Of a stretch of DNA of 64,000 bases, positions 1 to 8,057 are shown piece after piece (positions within the stretch are counted from its first letter, which is position 1; each line of letters opens with the position of its first letter). The DNA is from Clostridia bacterium (GTDB taxonomy: Bacteria; Bacillota; Clostridia; Oscillospirales; CAG-272). The notes beneath the pieces are model-generated. The model ran no database searches, had not been told where the DNA came from, and saw nothing but the letters and a program-made list of their open reading frames with translations. The stretch is taken from the NCBI GenBank assembly GCA_017450965.1, contig JAFSSQ010000047.1, positions 4,787-68,786 of the forward strand, written 5' to 3'. The position numbers were made by a program, and so were the translations under genes.

Positions 1-90
1 GAGTACCTCGTCGCCCTCGGGCTCGCCTTCCTCGTCATCCCGATCGTGGAAGCGGTCAAAGCCATCCAGCGCGCGGTGAAGAAGAAATAA
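1..90 (+). CDS. C-terminal end of a membrane protein, possibly a cation-transporting P-type ATPase (5'-truncated)
   Basis: Frame 1 reads EYLVALGLAFLVIPIVEAVKAIQRAVKKK*, a TM helix plus E..K..R tail resembling Ca2+-type P-ATPase C-termini; only 29 aa visible. Confidence 0.45.
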   Translation, partial: EYLVALGLAFLVIPIVEAVKAIQRAVKKK

Positions 91-99
91 GAGGAACGC

Positions 100-209
100 T
101 CTTCCTTTTCTGAAGAAAAGGAAGCGAAAAGACTTTTCAAAAAGGAAAGAACAGAGAGCGAATATAGCGAACAGTACCAAAAAGCCGGTCGAAAACGACC
201 GGCTTTTTG
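100..209 (+). repeat. Post-stop-codon hairpin module, copy 1
   Basis: TCTTCCTTTTC-TGAA-GAAAAGGAAG-CGAAAAGACTTTT at 100-137, then hairpin CAAAAAGCCGGTCG-AAAA-CGACCGGCTTTTTG at 178-209. Confidence 0.85.
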
Positions 210-340
210 CTTGAGCGGAAAAACCGAGGCCGCAAAGAGAGCGCCGTTTCAGCCGCGCGCTCCCCGCGGCGGGTGAAGGAGTAGGCGGGCGGATGGTCGG
301 GATTACAGAAAAAAACAAAGGCAGAAAGGCAACGTCGATA

Positions 341-385
341 AACTCCTTCCACCGCGAAGCGGTCCCCCTCCCTCAGGAGGGAGGC
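341..385. repeat. REP-like double hairpin
   Basis: ACCGC-GAA-GCGGT followed by CCTCCCTC-AG-GAGGGAGG, between the two inverted modules. Confidence 0.55.
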
Positions 386-413
386 TGACGGGAACCCCGC
401 CGCCTTTTCCAAG

Positions 414-523
414 CAAAAAGCCGGTCGCTTTCGACCGGCTTTTTGGGAACGGGAGCGGATGTTCGCTCCTTATTCTTCTGTTTCGGAAAGTCTTTTCGCT
501 TCCGTTTCTGAAGAAAAGGAAGA
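414..523 (-). repeat. Post-stop-codon hairpin module, copy 2 (inverted relative to copy 1)
   Basis: 487-523 is a near reverse complement of 100-136; 414-445 is a near-perfect reverse complement of 178-209; lies just after the alaS stop. Confidence 0.85.
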
Positions 524-532
524 CTTTTTTTC

Positions 533-3160
533 TTACTTCACCATCCCGGCGAGAGTCTGCTCGGCGGCGGCGAGGGCTTCGTCGATACGGGAGAGGTCTT
601 TGCCGCCCGCCATAGCGGAATCGGGACGGCCTCCGCCGTTGCCGCCGCAGAGGACGGCGGCCGCCTTGCAGAGGGCGCCGGCGTTGGCGCCGTGTTTGAC
701 GGCGTCCGGGCCGCAGGCGGCGGCGAAGTTGAGTTTGCCGTCGTTTACCGCGGCGAAGAGGGCGACGGTATCCGGCTGCTCCGCCTTGATCTTATCGCAG
801 AGGAGACGGGCGGATTCCGGCTTCATCTCGAGTTTGGCGGCGAGGAAGAAGACGGGGCCGATCTGCTTTTTGTTTTTCAGCACGTCGTCCAGTTTGGCGG
901 CGGAGAGTTTTTCGTTCGCGGCGTCGAGGGCGCGGCGCAGCTCCTTCATCTCCTCCCGGAGGGAGAGGACGCGGCGCGGCAGCTCGGCGACGGTGTTCGC
1001 CTTGAGTTCCTTTGCCGTTTCGGTAAGGATCTTTTCGCGCCCGGCGATCTCGGAGAGAACGCCGAGGCCGGTGGTCCCCTCGATCCGGCGGACGCCGGCG
1101 GCGACCGACGACTCGGAGAGGATGAGGAAGAGTCCCGCTTTGGCGGTGTTATCGAGGTGGGTGCCGCCGCAGAGCTCGGCGGAGAAATCCCCGGCCTTCA
1201 CGAGGCGGACGACCTTGCCGTACTTTTCCCCGAAGAGCGCCATCGCGCCCAGTTTTTTGGCGCTTTCCAGATCCGTTTCGGTCGTGACGACCGGCTCGCC
1301 GCGCAGGATCTCCGCGTTGACGAGCTCTTCCGTTTCGGCGAGTTCCTCCGGCGTGACCGGCTGGAAGTGGGTGAAGTCGAAGCGGACGCGGCGATCGTCC
1401 ACGTAGGAGCCGGCCTGCTCGACGTGGGAGCCGAGCACGCGGCGGAGCGCCGCCTGGAGAAGATGGCAGGCGGTGTGGTTGCGGGCGATGGCGGCGCGGC
1501 GGTCGGCGTCCGCTTCCAGCGTGAGCGTATCGCCCACGGCGAGCGTGCCGGAGACCGCGCGGCAGAGGTGCAGCCAGACGCCGTCGATCTTTTTGGTATC
1601 GAGGACCTCGGCGGTGAAGTTATGGTTATGGACGCGGCCGGTATCCCCGACCTGTCCGCCGCTTTCGGCGTAGAAGGGGGTACGGTCGAGCACGAGGGTA
1701 AACTCCCCGTCCGTTACGCGCTCGCGCGCTTCGTCCTCGGCGCGCAGCGCAAGGACCTTCCCCTCGCCGGAGGTGCCGGCGTAGCCGGTAAACTCCGTTT
1801 TGGGGAGCTCCGCGAGGAAGGTCTTCGACTGGTTGCTCCAGCCGCCGATATCGGCGCGGGCCGCGCGGGCGCGGTCGCGCTGTTCCTTCATTCTCTTTTC
1901 AAAGCCCTCCTCGTCCACCGAGAGACCCGCGTCCGCGGCGATCTCGCGGGTGATGTCCACGGGGAAGCCGAACGCGTCGTGCAGCTCAAAGACCCCGTCG
2001 GGGGAGAGGACGGTCTCGCCCTTTTCCTTTGCCTCGGCGATCAGGGAGGAGAGGATCGCCATGCCGGAGTCGATCTTCGCGTCGAAGCGCTCCTCCTCCA
2101 CGGAGAGGACCTTTTTGATATAGTCGCGGCGCTCGGCAAGTTCCGGGTACGCGCCCTCGTTCTGCTCGATGGCGACCTCGCAGAGATCGGAGAGGAAGGC
2201 GCGCCTTATCCCGAGCAGTCTGCCGTGGCGGGCGGCGCGGCGGATGATGCGCCGGAGAACGTACCCTCTGCCTTCGTTGGAGGGGAGGATCCCGTCGCTG
2301 ATCATGAACATCGCGCCGCGGATATGATCGGTAATGACGCGGATGGAGACGTCGTTTTTATGGTCCGCGCCGTAGCTCTTGCCGGCGTAGGCGCAGACGG
2401 TATCGAGGATCCGGCGGACGGTATCGACCTCAAAGAGGTTGTCCACCCCCTGCAGAACGCACGCCAGCCGCTCCAGCCCCATGCCGGTATCGATATTCTT
2501 CTGTTTGAGCTCGGTATAGTTGCCTTTGCCGTCGTTGTTATACTGGGAGAAGACGTTGTTCCAGATCTCCATGTAGCGGTCGCAGTCGCAGCCGGGCTTG
2601 CAGTCCGGCTTGCCGCAGCCGTACTTCTCCCCGCGGTCGAAGTAGATCTCCGAGCAGGGGCCGCAGGGGCCGGAGCCGTGCTCCCAGAAGTTGTCCTCCC
2701 GGCCGAGGCGGACGACCTTTTCCGCGGGAACGCCGACGTCCTGCGTCCAGATCGCAAAGGCCTCCTCGTCGTTTTCAAAGATCGAGGGGTAGAGCAGCTC
2801 TTCCGGGATCTCGAGCCATTTGGTGAGGAACTCCCACGCCCACGGGATCGCCTCTTTTTTGAAATAATCGCCGAAGGAGAAATTGCCGAGCATCTCAAAA
2901 TAGGTGCCGTGGCGGGCGGTGATCCCGACGCGCTCGATATCCGGCGTGCGGATGCAGCGCTGGCAGGTGGTCACCCGGCGGCGCGGCGGCTCCTCCTCGC
3001 CGGTAAAGAACTTTTTCATCGGCGCCATACCGGAGTTGATGAGCAGCAGGCTGTTGTCGTTTTGCGGGACGAGGGGAAAGCTGGGCAGGCGAAGGTGCCC
3101 CTTCGACTCAAAGAAGGAGAGGTACTTTTCGCGCACTTCATTCAAGGACATCCATCTCAT
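533..3160 (-). CDS. alaS: alanine--tRNA ligase
   Basis: 875 aa; HGTYFEMLGNFSFGDYFK, GPCGPCSEIYFD, IDTGMGLER, editing NHTACH and ELCGGTH, C-terminal GGGRPDSAMAGG. Confidence 0.99.
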   Translation of the reverse strand: MRWMSLNEVREKYLSFFESKGHLRLPSFPLVPQNDNSLLLINSGMAPMKKFFTGEEEPPRRRVTTCQRCIRTPDIERVGITARHGTYFEMLGNFSFGDYFKKEAIPWAWEFLTKWLEIPEELLYPSIFENDEEAFAIWTQDVGVPAEKVVRLGREDNFWEHGSGPCGPCSEIYFDRGEKYGCGKPDCKPGCDCDRYMEIWNNVFSQYNNDGKGNYTELKQKNIDTGMGLERLACVLQGVDNLFEVDTVRRILDTVCAYAGKSYGADHKNDVSIRVITDHIRGAMFMISDGILPSNEGRGYVLRRIIRRAARHGRLLGIRRAFLSDLCEVAIEQNEGAYPELAERRDYIKKVLSVEEERFDAKIDSGMAILSSLIAEAKEKGETVLSPDGVFELHDAFGFPVDITREIAADAGLSVDEEGFEKRMKEQRDRARAARADIGGWSNQSKTFLAELPKTEFTGYAGTSGEGKVLALRAEDEARERVTDGEFTLVLDRTPFYAESGGQVGDTGRVHNHNFTAEVLDTKKIDGVWLHLCRAVSGTLAVGDTLTLEADADRRAAIARNHTACHLLQAALRRVLGSHVEQAGSYVDDRRVRFDFTHFQPVTPEELAETEELVNAEILRGEPVVTTETDLESAKKLGAMALFGEKYGKVVRLVKAGDFSAELCGGTHLDNTAKAGLFLILSESSVAAGVRRIEGTTGLGVLSEIAGREKILTETAKELKANTVAELPRRVLSLREEMKELRRALDAANEKLSAAKLDDVLKNKKQIGPVFFLAAKLEMKPESARLLCDKIKAEQPDTVALFAAVNDGKLNFAAACGPDAVKHGANAGALCKAAAVLCGGNGGGRPDSAMAGGKDLSRIDEALAAAEQTLAGMVK

Positions 3161-3190
3161 AGCGGTTTACTTCCTTTATCAGAACATCTG

Positions 3191-3625
3191 TTAAAATCTG
3201 CGGGAGGAGCGTTTGCGCTTCGGCTTGAGGGTGAAAAGACGGGCAAAGAGGAGAGAAAGCAGGAGAAACGCGGCGTACCCCGGAAGCGCTCCCGCCGAAA
3301 AGAGGGACAGGCAGAGAGAAAGGATCAAGAACAGCAAAACAAAACAGGCGGAGACCGCCAGCGCGGCGAAAAGCGGCCTCTCCGGACAGAACCGTACCGA
3401 AAAGAAGCCGCACGCGGCGGCGCCGAACAGAAGCGACGCGCCCGCCGCGAGGATCGCGAGGCGCGCGGGATCCGCCGTCCGGCAGATGACCGCCGAGGAA
3501 AGCAGGAGAAAGAGAAGGAGGGAGAGCAGCGTGAACGCCGCCGCCTTGAGAAGACAAAGCCAGACCCCCGTTCCCCCTTTGCCGTGCCCGCCGCGTCCCG
3601 CGCGGGTCTGTTTTGCTTGTTTCAT
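3191..3625 (-). CDS. membrane protein (TIGR04086/YrzE-like)
   Basis: 144 aa, about 4 TM helices, basic C-tail, GGAGG RBS; position downstream of yajC is typical of YrzE-like genes. Confidence 0.6.
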   Translation of the reverse strand: MKQAKQTRAGRGGHGKGGTGVWLCLLKAAAFTLLSLLLFLLLSSAVICRTADPARLAILAAGASLLFGAAACGFFSVRFCPERPLFAALAVSACFVLLFLILSLCLSLFSAGALPGYAAFLLLSLLFARLFTLKPKRKRSSRRF

Positions 3626-3656
3626 AACCCCTCCGAAAAACCGTTCGTTTCAGAAC

Positions 3657-3685
3657 AGGGTATGAAAAAGCGGAACGGAATATGT
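3657..3685 (-). promoter_or_regulatory. putative sigma-E (sporulation)-type promoter
   Basis: Minus strand ACATATT-N14-CATACCCT upstream of the YrzE-like gene resembles the Bacillota sigma-E consensus. Confidence 0.35.
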
Positions 3686-3686
3686 C

Positions 3687-4073
3687 TTATTTCTCTTCCT
3701 TTTCCGCTTTGGCGGCTTCCTTTTCCGCCGCCTTCTGCGCGTCGATCGTATCCTCCGCCTTCACGTCGACGGAGCGGACGGCGGATTTGAGGAAGCGGAT
3801 GCGGGTCTTATCCTTGCCGGTCTCCAGCATAAAGGTCTCGTCCTTGATGCTGATGATCTTGCCGATGATCCCGCCGATGGTGGTGACCTCGTCCCCGACC
3901 TGCAGGGAGTTGCGCATATCCTGCGCTTCCTTTTCCTGTTTTTTCTGCGGGCGCATCACGAAAAGATAGAAAACGACGACAACGACGCCGAGCATGATCA
4001 GCGTGCCGACAAGCTGCGTCCCTCCGGTCTGCTGCGCGGCGTCGGCGGCCTCATCCAGTAAAAAGTGGAACAT
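3687..4073 (-). CDS. yajC: preprotein translocase subunit YajC
   Basis: Single TM then MRPQKKQEK...LQVGDEVTTIGGIIGKI. Confidence 0.96.
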   Translation of the reverse strand: MFHFLLDEAADAAQQTGGTQLVGTLIMLGVVVVVFYLFVMRPQKKQEKEAQDMRNSLQVGDEVTTIGGIIGKIISIKDETFMLETGKDKTRIRFLKSAVRSVDVKAEDTIDAQKAAEKEAAKAEKEEK

Positions 4074-4110
4074 AACGATACCTCCGTTGTTTTTTCAAAG
4101 CGTATTTTTT

Positions 4111-4139
4111 ATTATATATCAGATAACTCCGGTTTTCAA
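4111..4139 (-). promoter_or_regulatory. sigma-A promoter for yajC
   Basis: TTGAAA-N17-TATAAT on minus strand. Confidence 0.7.
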
Positions 4140-4154
4140 GACCTTTCCCGAATT

Positions 4155-4592
4155 TCAGTCTCCGTTTCCCGCCAGGCGGCCGAGGGTGATCATCCGCAGA
4201 AGATAGTAGATCCCCCGCAGAAAAAGGCAGATCACCGCCGCGGTCAGCAAAGCGATCACCCGTCCCGTGCTCCAGCCGAGGGAGAGGATGCGGCCGAACT
4301 GCCAAACGGAAAAGACGACGTACCCGAGAAAACAGAACTGGAAAAAGAGATAATACTTCCGCCCCGGCGGCAGGCAAAAGAGAAGAAAACGCACAAGGCG
4401 CAGCGCTTCGATCTCCGCAAGCAGGGCGGGGATGGCGAGCAGGATCAGCTGATACCAGTAAAGAACGGAGAAGAGCCCGCCGCAGAAAAGCGCGTCCGCG
4501 CGGCGCGTAACGGCGAGAACGCAGGCGGCGACCGCCGAGAAGAAGACGAAGAAGATACACACGATGTCGTAGAAGATCACCGATCTGCGCAT
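4155..4592 (-). CDS. hypothetical membrane protein
   Basis: 145 aa, about 4 hydrophobic segments, AAGGAG RBS, co-oriented with neighbours. Confidence 0.65.
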   Translation of the reverse strand: MRRSVIFYDIVCIFFVFFSAVAACVLAVTRRADALFCGGLFSVLYWYQLILLAIPALLAEIEALRLVRFLLFCLPPGRKYYLFFQFCFLGYVVFSVWQFGRILSLGWSTGRVIALLTAAVICLFLRGIYYLLRMITLGRLAGNGD

Positions 4593-4616
4593 AAAGCACT
4601 CCTTTCGGCGCCGCGT

Positions 4617-5975
4617 TCAGTTCTTGAGGCTGTGGATCGGGGCGGGGATCCGGCCGCCGCGGGCGATGAAGGCGGCGGGGGAGGCGGTACGCAGCGGCAT
4701 GACCGGCGCGGAGCCGAGCAGACCGCCGAAGGTAACGGTGTCCCCGACCTGTTTGCCCGGCGCGGGGATCAGGCGGACAGCGGTCGTTTTGGTATTGATC
4801 ACGCCGATCGAGATCTCGTCCGCGATCACGGCGGAAATCGTCTCCGCCGGCGTATCGCCGGGAACGGCGATCATGTCGAGACCGACCGAGCAGACGGCGG
4901 TCATCGCCTCGAGCTTTTCGATCGAGAGGGCGCCGCAGGCGGCGGCGCTGATCATCCCCGCGTCCTCCGAGACGGGGATGAACGCCCCGGAGAGTCCTCC
5001 CACGTGGGAGGACGCCATCACGCCGCCCTTTTTGACGGCGTCGTTTAAGAGCGCGAGGGCGGCGGTGGTGCCGTGGGTCCCGCACACCTCCAGCCCCATC
5101 TCCTCGAGGATCCGTGCGACCGAGTCGCCGACGGCGGGGGTGGGCGCGAGGGAAAGATCGACGATCCCGTAGGGGATACCGAGACGTTTGGACGCCTCGT
5201 AGGCGACGAGCTGACCCACGCGGGTGATCTTGAAGGCGGTCTTTTTGATCACGTCGGAGAGCTCGCCGAAGGAAACGGGGCCCGCCCGCCGGACGGCGCT
5301 GGCGACGACGCCGGGGCCGGAAACGCCGACGTTGACGGCGAGGTCCCCCTCGCCGATCCCGTGGAACGCCCCCGCCATAAAGGGGTTGTCCTCCGGGACG
5401 TTGGCGAAGACGACGAGCTTGGCGCAGCCGATGCCGTCCTCTGCCGCGGTCAGAGCCGCCGTCTTTTTGATGATGCGGCCCATCTCCGCCACGGCGTCCA
5501 TATTGATCCCCGCCTTGGTGGAGGCGACGTTGACCGAGGAGCAGACGATCTTCGTTTCGGCGAGCGCCTCGGGGATCGAGCGGATCAGGTTCTCCGCGCC
5601 GACGGTACTTCCCTTCTGCACGAGCGCGCTGTACCCGCCGATGAAGTTGACGCCGAGGGTATCCGCGGCGCGGTCGAGGGTCTTGGCGATCCGGACGCAG
5701 TCCTCGGGCGAGGCGTTCCCGCAGATGAGGGAAACGGGGGTGACCGACACGCGCCGGTTGACGATCGGCACGCCGTACTCCTTTTCGATCTCCGTGGCGA
5801 CGGAAACGAGCTTTTCCGCTTTTTTGGTGATCTTATCGTAGATCCGGGCAGAGAGGCGTCCGACGTCGTCGGACACGCAGTCGAAAAGCGAGATCCCGAC
5901 GGTAACGGTACGCACGTCGAGGTTCTCCTCCCGGATCATATGGACGGTTTCCAGAATATCGCTTGTGTTTAACAT
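4617..5975 (-). CDS. PFL-family (DUF711/UPF0210) protein
   Basis: [49 protein letters not shown]; paired with an ACT-domain gene as usual. Confidence 0.93.
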   Translation of the reverse strand: MLNTSDILETVHMIREENLDVRTVTVGISLFDCVSDDVGRLSARIYDKITKKAEKLVSVATEIEKEYGVPIVNRRVSVTPVSLICGNASPEDCVRIAKTLDRAADTLGVNFIGGYSALVQKGSTVGAENLIRSIPEALAETKIVCSSVNVASTKAGINMDAVAEMGRIIKKTAALTAAEDGIGCAKLVVFANVPEDNPFMAGAFHGIGEGDLAVNVGVSGPGVVASAVRRAGPVSFGELSDVIKKTAFKITRVGQLVAYEASKRLGIPYGIVDLSLAPTPAVGDSVARILEEMGLEVCGTHGTTAALALLNDAVKKGGVMASSHVGGLSGAFIPVSEDAGMISAAACGALSIEKLEAMTAVCSVGLDMIAVPGDTPAETISAVIADEISIGVINTKTTAVRLIPAPGKQVGDTVTFGGLLGSAPVMPLRTASPAAFIARGGRIPAPIHSLKN

Positions 5976-5986
5976 GGTCTTCCCTT

Positions 5987-6259
5987 TCAGATCTGGTGCA
6001 TCGCGTCGAAAATATCCTCGTGCATGGCGCGGATCTCCAGGGCGTTCTCCCGCCCGAGCTCCGCCATCGCGTCCACAAAGGACGCGAAGGGAACGTTCAG
6101 CCGGCTGATGTCCACGAGCATGATCATCGCAAAATACTCGGAGAGCACGCTCTGCGTGATCTCGGTGATGTTCACGCCGCAGTCGGCGCAGCGGGCGCTC
6201 ACCTTGGCGATGATCCCGAGGCTGTCGCGTCCGATCACGGTGATAACGGCTTTTTTCAT
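5987..6259 (-). CDS. ACT domain protein (UPF0237)
   Basis: [20 protein letters not shown]...[11 protein letters not shown]. Confidence 0.92.
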   Translation of the reverse strand: MKKAVITVIGRDSLGIIAKVSARCADCGVNITEITQSVLSEYFAMIMLVDISRLNVPFASFVDAMAELGRENALEIRAMHEDIFDAMHQI

Positions 6260-7386
6260 GGTTTTTGATCTTCCTCCGTTTTTTCTCTGTTCGCGTCCGG
6301 GTCCGCTCCGCCGGGACAGTCGCCGGGGTCGGCGTCCATATTGTGCAGACCGGAGAGAACGCGGGTTTTTTCGTTTTTCATAATAAAATACGTAACCAGG
6401 ACCAGGACAAAGGCGGCGGCGAAGAGGATCAGCGCGGGGAGAAGCGAGTCCTCCGTGAGAAGAACGGCGGCAACGCCGAGGATCCCGCTGATCGCGTAGA
6501 GGATCTTCACGCTCTGCCGGTGGCCGAATCCCATCTCCACCAGCCGGTGGTGCAGATGCCCGCGGTCCGGTTTGAAGGGGCTCTGTCCCCTGGCAAGGCG
6601 CCGCACGACCGCGAAAAAGGTATCAAAGAGCGGCAGCCCGAAGACGGAAAGCGGGATCAGAATCGAGATGGCGGCGTGGACCTTAAAGAGTCCCGATACC
6701 GAGAGGACCGCCATCGTATAGCCGAGAAAAAGCGCGCCCGTGTCCCCCATCTCGATCTTGGCGGGATTGGAGTTGAAGGGGAGAAAGCCCGCGCAGGTCC
6801 CCGCGAGGATCGCGCAGAACAGGGCGGAGACGGGGTCGCCGTTGAGGATGGTAACGACCGTCATCGAAAGCGAGGAGATCGCGGAAACGCCGCACGCCAG
6901 CCCGTCGAGCCCGTCGATCAGGTTGATCGCGTTCGTGAGCGCCATGATCCAGAAGACGGTAACGGGTACGCTGAAAACGCCGAGCCCGATCTGCCCGCCG
7001 AACCAGGAGAAAAAGTTGATCCGCAGCCCAAAGAGAACGGGGATAAAGGAAACGCCGAGCTGGACGAGCGCCTTGACCCACGCCTTGAGGGAGACGACGT
7101 CGTCGACGATTCCGAGCGCGACGAGGAGCATCCCGCCGAGGAGCAGCGAGGCGAGCAGCGGAGAGAAATCGCAGAACGCGACCGTGACGATCAGAAAGGA
7201 AAAGAACATCGCCAGCCCCCCGATGCGGGGAACGGTCCGCCGGTGCATCCGCCGCTTGTCGCGCGGGCGCGGGCGGTCCACCGCGTTGATCCGGAAGGCG
7301 AGCACCCGAACCGCCGGCGTGGCGGAAAAGGTAAGAAGCGCCGCGCAGAGGACGGCGGCGATCCCGTAGATCCAGGCTTCTGTCAT
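6256..7386 (-). CDS. TagO/WecA-like undecaprenyl-phosphate GlcNAc-1-P transferase (MraY family)
   Basis: [39 protein letters not shown]; multi-TM. Confidence 0.92.
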   Translation of the reverse strand: MTEAWIYGIAAVLCAALLTFSATPAVRVLAFRINAVDRPRPRDKRRMHRRTVPRIGGLAMFFSFLIVTVAFCDFSPLLASLLLGGMLLVALGIVDDVVSLKAWVKALVQLGVSFIPVLFGLRINFFSWFGGQIGLGVFSVPVTVFWIMALTNAINLIDGLDGLACGVSAISSLSMTVVTILNGDPVSALFCAILAGTCAGFLPFNSNPAKIEMGDTGALFLGYTMAVLSVSGLFKVHAAISILIPLSVFGLPLFDTFFAVVRRLARGQSPFKPDRGHLHHRLVEMGFGHRQSVKILYAISGILGVAAVLLTEDSLLPALILFAAAFVLVLVTYFIMKNEKTRVLSGLHNMDADPGDCPGGADPDANREKTEEDQKP

Positions 7387-7404
7387 ATCGTTTCCTCCAT
7401 CCGG

Positions 7405-8046
7405 TCAGGCGGCCGGCGTGATCTCTGCGGCGGTGAGGGAAACGTTCTTCGTCTCCTTCTCCGGCACGTAGATCAGCATACTGCCGTAGGGCTCTTCGGT
7501 CTCGACGTCCGCCTCGCCGTAATACACGTCAAGGTAAAGATAGGAGTCGAAATCGGGCGTAACGCCGTCAAAGACGAGACGGCGGTAGTGATACATAAAG
7601 GCGCTGTCGTAACGGAACTCGGACACGGAAAGGATCTTGCCCGCCTGAATATTTCCTTCCCCGTCGGTCTTCCCTTCCCGCAGATAAAAGCGCAGCTCCG
7701 CGCTCTCGCCTTCCGGCGCAAGGGAAAGCGATTTTGTCAGGCGAATGTCTTCCAGCGTGCTCCGGTTATAGCGGACGGTGACCTGCACCTGTTTTGCGCA
7801 GGGAACGCAGAGCAGCTCGGTGAAGAAGAAATGCCCTTTTTTGCGGTCGTCGTAGGGAGCGACCGGCTCCTGGGTGAAAGCGCGGGCGTCCTCCCCCGCC
7901 GCCTCCCACGCGGCGGCGAGCGTTTCGTTCGGCAAGACCCGTTTCACCTCCGCGGGATAGTAGTAGGTAAGCGCGATCCGGCCGATAAACAGCCCGATCA
8001 CGAGAAAGATCCCGAAAACGAGGATAATCTTAAGCGTTTTTCCCAT
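7405..8046 (-). CDS. hypothetical membrane-anchored protein
   Basis: N-terminal TM then soluble domain; start moved to ATG 8046 because of AAGGAG RBS. Confidence 0.7.
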   Translation of the reverse strand: MGKTLKIILVFGIFLVIGLFIGRIALTYYYPAEVKRVLPNETLAAAWEAAGEDARAFTQEPVAPYDDRKKGHFFFTELLCVPCAKQVQVTVRYNRSTLEDIRLTKSLSLAPEGESAELRFYLREGKTDGEGNIQAGKILSVSEFRYDSAFMYHYRRLVFDGVTPDFDSYLYLDVYYGEADVETEEPYGSMLIYVPEKETKNVSLTAAEITPAA

Positions 8047-8057
8047 AATTCTCCTTT

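Noticed and set aside
137-412. 91-aa minus-strand ORF in the repeat cassette
   Set aside because: Lies wholly within hairpin repeats; no RBS or recognisable motif
692-3790. 1032-aa plus-strand ORF
   Set aside because: Antisense shadow of alaS caused by high-GC codon bias; no motifs
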